A DNA stretch of 40,320 nt, taken from contig NC_068981.1 of assembly GCF_001194135.2 (NCBI RefSeq), forward strand, positions 138,506,306-138,546,625, read 5' to 3'. The stretch comes from Octopus bimaculoides. Lineage: Eukaryota. Shown piece after piece: positions 33,870 through 40,320 of this stretch (position 1 is its first letter; each line of letters starts with the position of its first letter). The notes beneath the pieces are model-generated. The model ran no database searches, had not been told where the DNA came from, and worked only from the letters and a program-made list of their open reading frames with translations. Made by a program: the position numbers and the translations under genes.

Positions 33870-34172
33870 ACATCCCACTACGCAGTACTTTGGGCAAGTA
33901 TCGTCTGTAATACTGTAGTCCCGCACCGACTAAAGCCTTGTGAGTGACAGTGATAGACGGAAACTGCGGAAGTCTGTCGTATGAATATGTGTGTGTTTTT
34001 TCTTGACAATGTGCTTGTTGGTTAACGTCTCCGTAACTTAGCGATTCAGCAAAACAGAACGATAGCAAAGTACGAGACTCCAAAATTAAGCCCTGGGATC
34101 GATTGGTTTGGTTAAACCCACCAAAGCGGTGCCCCAGCATGACCACAGTCTACTGACTGAAACAAGATAACA
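33870..34172 (+). mobile_element. SINE family C, diverged, short internal repeat
   Basis: gggcaagtatcgtct...aaagccttgtgagtg...agacggaaactg...ccgtaacttagcgattcagc...cccagcatgaccacagtc..tgactgaaacaag. Confidence 0.75.
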
Positions 34173-34954
34173 GATACACACATGCATACATATTATATAT
34201 ATATATATATATATGATAAATGAAAAATGCGTTGTAAATAAACAACGACAGATAAAAACATATCCGTATACTGAGTTTACAACCGGACGGGTGACAGACA
34301 TAGGAGGTTCCTAATTCTTCATCCGTTATCAACCAAAATGGTAAGTTTCGCATACATATATGTGTGTGGGGGGGGGGGTCGGCATTCGAAAGCTAGACAA
34401 GCAGGAATTCAATTTCAAACATGTTACCTTTCCTTCTTTATTTCGCTCTTTTTCAATTTTTTTTTTTTTTTTTTTTTTTTGTGGGTGGAGTAAATCAAAT
34501 ACATCCGAGATGGTGGATCTTTTACTAATCCTCATATTTGTCTAATTTTGTGTAATGTGGGGTAACTTTAATCGTGTTTTCTACATCTGACATTGGTATG
34601 AATTCACAGTAAACTCCTCAGTGAGTATCATATTCATTTAAGTTCGTAAACTGTAGGAAAGTTGGTAACGTATCATATAATGTGCATATGCGTATGTGAG
34701 CGTACTATATGACATGTATGTATAGTAAATTCTTTACAAACCGTACATTCATCTAATTTCGTGTACTGGATTTTACTATTGTCGTTTCAAATGTGTAACA
34801 TGACATGCATGAGAGACTGGTATGTTGTTAGTTGTGCTTAACTTATAAGTTTATAAAACAATAAAATTGAATATTAAACATTTTCTACTGAAGACGAAAT
34901 ACAATCCATAGAACGTGGCAAAAGTGTTTTGATTGCAAGTCACAAAGAAAAGTG

Positions 34955-34955
<1 letters not shown>

Positions 34956-35049
<94 letters not shown>

Positions 35050-35052
35050 GCA
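34956..35052. repeat. (CA)n microsatellite
   Basis: Direct reading. Confidence 0.97.
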
Positions 35053-35665
35053 CACGTGTGTGTGTTTAGATTGCCTGAGGTGCTGTACAGATTTTGTATA
35101 TTAAGAAAAAAATGAGATAGTCAGGATTGGGTGAGAAATATTTAGTGCTTTCGTCCCATTGTGGGGATGATGAGTCCTTCAAAAGGATGAACACTCTAAA
35201 TAGTTTCTTATTCAAATCCTGACTACCTTCTTTTTCTTAATATGCGATGGAAGCATGCCAGACAGTATTTTTCAACACGTCTGGTGTCTCAGCGCATTCT
35301 TCGGACACTGCACACAAGGTATAACAAACTAAAGACAGGATGAGAGAAAAAAGAAGAAAAGGCGCAAAAGAAGTAGATATAAAAGATGGAAGGTTGAAAA
35401 ACCGGAAAACGAAAATGAAAACAGAAAGAAGCAAAATGTGTGGGTCTATAGGAGAGTAAAATATAATCAGAATAAGAAGAGTTTAGCACATATTTAATAA
35501 ATTGTTACAGCAGTTTCGGTACCACTTTGTTTTTAACGCCATGATACAAAAAGGAATAGTGTGAAAAGTTACGTAATGATTGCGGTTTTAAACATAAGGG
35601 TAGCACTTCATCAGACCTGCATCCAAAAGGGTTCTCTTACATTGTGCCATATACATATGTGCTTG

Positions 35666-35706
<41 letters not shown>

Positions 35707-35710
<4 letters not shown>

Positions 35711-35896
35711 GGAGTAGCTTGCTTACCAACCACATGGTTCCCGGTACAGTCCCACTGTGTGATACCTTGGCCAACAGTCTTCTCCTATAGCCTCGGGCCG
35801 GCTAAAGCCTTGTGAGTGGATTTGATAGACAGAAACTCAAAGAAGTCCGTCGTGTGTGTGTATATATATACATCTATGTGCGTGTATATATATACA

Positions 35897-35990
<94 letters not shown>

Positions 35991-36216
35991 TGTGTGTATA
36001 TATATTATGTGTGTATATATGTCTGTGTGTCAGTGTTTGTTCCCTCCCCCAACATCGCTTGACAACCGATGCAGGTTCCCGTAATTTAGTGGTCCGGCAG
36101 AAGGGACCGATAGAATAAATTACTAGGCTTACAAAGAATAAGTCCTGGGGTCGATTTGCTCAACTAAAGGCAGTGCTCCAGCATGGCCGCAGTCAAATGA
36201 CTGAAACAAATAAAAG
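35707..36216 (+). mobile_element. SINE family C with long internal (TG)n
   Basis: Homologous to 5836-6310. Confidence 0.9.
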
Positions 36217-36245
36217 AATATATATATATATAAGAGAGAGAGGTG

Positions 36246-36557
36246 TAGGAGTGGCAGTGTGGTTAGAAGCTTGCTTCTAAACCACGTGGTTCTGGGTTCA
36301 GTCCCAATGCATGGCTCCTTGGGCAATTGTCTTTTACTATAGTCTCGACCCGGCCAAAGCCTTGTGGATTTGATAGACGGAAACTGAAAGAAGCCCGTCG
36401 TATAAATATATATATATCTGTGTATGTATCTGTCTTTGTCCCCCACCCAACATCACCAGGCTTAAAAAATAAGTGCTGGGGCCGATTCGTTTGACTAAAA
36501 TTTCGAAGCGGTGCCCCAGCATGGCCGCAGTCTAATTAATGGCTGAAACCGGTAAAA
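36246..36557 (+). mobile_element. SINE family C, tandem copy with internal deletion
   Basis: aggagtggcagtgtggttagaagcttgct...gggttcagtccc...gaaagaagcccgtcgtata...tttgtcccccacccaacatcacc|aggctt...cccagcatggccgcagtc...ctgaaaccggtaaaa. Confidence 0.85.
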
Positions 36558-36949
36558 AATAAATGTATGTATGTATCATTATGTGTATGTGTGTGCACAT
36601 ATATAAATACACACGCACACACAAACACACACAAACACACACACGCACACACAATCACGCAAAGAAGTGTAGTTCCTTCCTTTGTATTGTGTACCAAAAG
36701 ATGATTCATTCTGTATAATCTTTTGTTGTATTGCCTTAATTGACATTTCCCTGAATAATTCATAATTCATATATATATATGAACATTCGTCGAACACCTT
36801 GATGAAAAATACCTCGCCAGCCTAAGATGCACATATATATGAGTATATATATATTCATATATTTATACACACATATATATGCATGCATATATATATGTAT
36901 ATGCATATGCGTACATATATATTTATATACGTATATATATGTATATACA

Positions 36950-37011
<62 letters not shown>

Positions 37012-37140
37012 GATGGTAAATGTTTTTATTTTTCATTCCCTTTCGAAATTATCCCTAATTGTGGTTTGGCGTTTCACTGCTCCTTCTAACGGGTTAGATG
37101 TCCTATTATGGACATCTCTATTATGTGTTTAAATGTACTC

Positions 37141-37167
37141 TGTATATATATATATAGAGAGAGAGAT

Positions 37168-37238
<71 letters not shown>

Positions 37239-37378
37239 TAAACATATAAGGAACACTGGTATATAATATGCGGCAAGTATATCAACATTTTGCAGAAGGA
37301 GGAAGAGGAGAGGAAGAAGAGGAAGAAGAGAAAGAGGAGGAGGAGAAAGAGGAGGAGGAGAAAGAGGAGGAGGAGGAC
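37141..37378. repeat. (TA)(GA)(GATA)n microsatellite followed by a purine-rich (GAG/AAG)n tract
   Basis: Direct reading. Confidence 0.92.
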
Positions 37379-37564
37379 ATGTTGATGACGATCCAAAGGT
37401 AATGGCGAGGAGGAAGTAAGGAACAAGAGCTTATGGAAATGGAGGTAGGAGGAGGTCGCAGAAAAGGGTGGGTGCAAGAGAAAGCGATACTGATGATGGT
37501 TCGTGTTTTATTTTCATTTTATTCTCAGCAAATGGGGAGCGGAAGACAATAACAAGAACAAATA

Positions 37565-37780
37565 CAAAGAGGTACTGAAAAGTTCCGGGGTTTGAATAAA
37601 AGAAAATGTTGGAGGATCATCATGGTTTTATTCAACATATTCCCCTCTCAGATTCACAAACTTATTGCAGCGGTGCTTCAGTTTTTTTATCTAAGTCCTG
37701 TAAAAGAACTTTGGAGGTTGGGCTTTCAACCAGGCCTATCGCGATACCCTTAATGCCGGGAACTTTTCAGCAGCCCCTCG
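37565..37780 (-). mobile_element. mariner-derived MITE / internal-deletion derivative (216 bp)
   Basis: TIRs caaagaggtactgaaaagttccggg / ccgggaacttttcagcagcccctcg with TA on both sides. The minus strand keeps the transposase C-terminus LKHRCNKFVNLRGEYVE*. Confidence 0.82.
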
Positions 37781-38288
37781 TACGTAACGGAAAATCAATA
37801 GAAATAACGTCATAATTCAAACAAAAACCAAGAAACGGTTTTCCGTTTCTGTTTTCATGGAGCTCTAAAGTTACATAACAGAAGCTGAGAAGAGAGACAT
37901 GTATGGCGAGAAAAGAAAAACATCAACAAAAATAATGGAAGGACAGATAAATAAGGAGGCAACAAAATATCAAGCGAAAGTGATCGACAGAAAAAACAAT
38001 ACAGGGCCTAAAAATCCGCGCGCACGCATTTGTAAGGGTACACTTATATGCGTGTGCGCATTATGTGTGTATGAATATGTGTGTGTGTATGTATGTATGC
38101 AGTGAAACAAACAGGAGCAATAGAACTCATTATATATAAGTGTATATTTATGAATTTTAATTGGGTCTAAAGGGATATAAGTGCCTTGAGGTGCTAATGT
38201 AGCGTGAATTGCACTCACGAAATTTTATATAAATGCAATGTACGAAACTCGGACCCATTGATCCACTTATGTAACTTTATAACCTTTT

Positions 38289-38340
<52 letters not shown>

Positions 38341-38605
38341 GCACACAAAAACTCGCACACATGCACACACACACATATATATATAAATACATACATAAAC
38401 TAATCATTCGCACACTCATATATGCGTGTTTGTCTCTGTGTGTCTGTGTGTGTGTGTGTCTGTGCGTGTGTGTGTGTGTGTGTGTGTGTCTGTGTATGTG
38501 TGTCTCTGTGTGTATGTGTGTGTGTGTGTCTAAGTAGGTTCGAGTCTACAAAAAAGGTAACCATTGGGACTGACTCATACTGTTAATATTTATAAATAAA
38601 TGAAT

Positions 38606-38960
38606 GCGGCGAGCTGGCAGAAACGTTAGCAAGTCGGGCGAAATGCTTAGCGGTATTTCGTCTGTCTTTACGTTCTGAGTTCAAATTCCGAAGAGGTTGA
38701 CTTTGCCTTTGCCTTTCACCCTTTCGGGGTCGATTAAATAAGTACCAGTTACGCACTGGTGTCGATATGATAAACTTTATCCGTTTGTCTGTCCTTGTTT
38801 GTCCCCCTTGTGGGCAGTAACGAAATAGGTATTTTGTCTGTCTTTACGTTCTGAGTTGAAATTCCGCCGAGGTCAACTTTGCCTTTCATCCTTTCGGGGT
38901 TAATACATTAAGTAGTCGATTAGAACAATCGACTGACCCCTTCCCGCAAAGAATATTTCA
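38606..38960 (+). mobile_element. SINE family A (tail ii) followed directly by a second, 5'-truncated family A copy
   Basis: gcggcgagctggcagaaacgttagc...gagttcaaattccg...cccttgtgggcagtaacgaaatag, then gtattttgtctgtctttacgttctgagttgaaattccgccgaggtc...aatcgactgacccc. Confidence 0.88.
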
Positions 38961-39974
38961 AGTAAATCAATGGTAATGTTATAGATAATTTGAATATTAG
39001 TATTAATAATAATAATAAACATTTTATTCATGCAAGATGAGATCAAAATTAGTAGATAAAGGTTAGCAAATGCTTTTGAGTAATGCAGGCAAGGAGTTAA
39101 CGACTAGATTACATAAAATTACGTCAATGAATGAAAGCAAATAGAAAAGACATTGTATTTTTAAGCATCTATTATTTAATAATACTCCAATACTGCGAAT
39201 AAACGAAAGAAAATAATGGAAGAATTCGGAGAAATGTGCATTGGAACGAACTTAAAAATACACAAACTTTTTGTGTATTTATTTGTGAATTTCGGTTCAA
39301 AAAGTGTAACATTTTTGTAAGAAAGAATTATGTTATTAAAGTGAACAATTGATTTTTAAAATTAACTAATTGTAAAATCAATGAAATTTCAAATTAAAAA
39401 CGATTCCCATGAATTCACAAATCTAATTATGAATTATGTAACAACAAGGGTAATTACTAACATGATTACAACAATGTGGTCGCAGGACCTTATAGAAATA
39501 ACAACCAAATTATCGCCGAATCACATCTAGCAGTCTTACAAAAAAGACTAACATATTGGGTGTAGTATGTTACGAAAAACCAAAAGGACGGGTAGGTCAC
39601 TAATGAAATGCATTCGCTCTTACATGAATTTGACCTCAGGTTGACCAGCAGTGTGACATTATATGCACACATTTGGTTGTGTGTTTCACCAAGGACATTT
39701 AGAAATAGTAATGATGCAAGAACGCACACATACACTCACGCGAGTGCAAACAACTGAGTAAAAAAGAGACGAGATCTCACCGAAAAGAAGTGCAGATTTA
39801 TGTGTATATATATATATGTATGCAGCTTATCTTTGTCATTGCCTACATCCTATTAGCATAATATGTTACCTTATTACCTTATGTGTGCCCAGGGTTAACA
39901 TAGGTAATTATAAAGGTAGTAAAACGGATATATTTCACTCTTAGACGGTTATTCCAGCCTCTAATTCTACAAGT

Positions 39975-40159
39975 CTAATAAATATATGTATATATATATA
40001 TATATGTATGTATATATATGTGTATATATATATGTATATATATATGTATATATATAATTGTGTGTGTATATATGTATATATATATGTATATATATATGTG
40101 CATATATATATGTATGTGTATATATGTCTGTCTATATATATATATGTGTATATATATGT

Positions 40160-40197
<38 letters not shown>

Positions 40198-40320
40198 GTA
40201 TATATATCTGTATATCTATATATCTCAGTATGTATGTATATTTATATATATATATGTATATATGTGTATATATGCATGTATATATACATGCGAATATACA
40301 TTATATACATATATATGTAT
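39975..40320. repeat. Degenerate (TA/TG)n low-complexity tract
   Basis: Direct reading. Confidence 0.93.

Overview
Eukaryotic, AT-rich, repeat-dense genomic DNA from a gapped short-read-style assembly. The SINE families and microsatellite density look like Octopus (coleoid cephalopod); this is recognition and inference, not a database result. The only convincing host coding sequence is a large terminal exon (minus strand, 11406 to 9927) of a 4-finger C2H2 zinc-finger gene whose upstream exon(s) I could not locate. The rest is mobile or repetitive DNA: two DD41D (rosa-type) Tc1/mariner elements (one a fold-back made of two 3' ends), a DD34D mariner relic, two MITEs, Helitron-like termini, at least three tRNA-derived SINE families with interchangeable modules, an RTE-like 3' tail, and many microsatellites. 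Top leads: (1) a ~470-bp inverted repeat at 16889-17360 whose arms each carry a minimal type-I hammerhead-ribozyme-like motif with a CCGA core variant, typical of Penelope-like element pLTRs, with further degenerate relics at ~13.6 kb and ~30.7 kb; (2) the zinc-finger protein ends in EDEEVDVN*, matching the RbBP5/MYC-type WDR5-binding motif, and it has an atypical Cys-Cys finger; (3) the fold-back DD41D element at 20-905. No rRNA, true tRNA genes, CRISPR arrays or prokaryotic features were seen.
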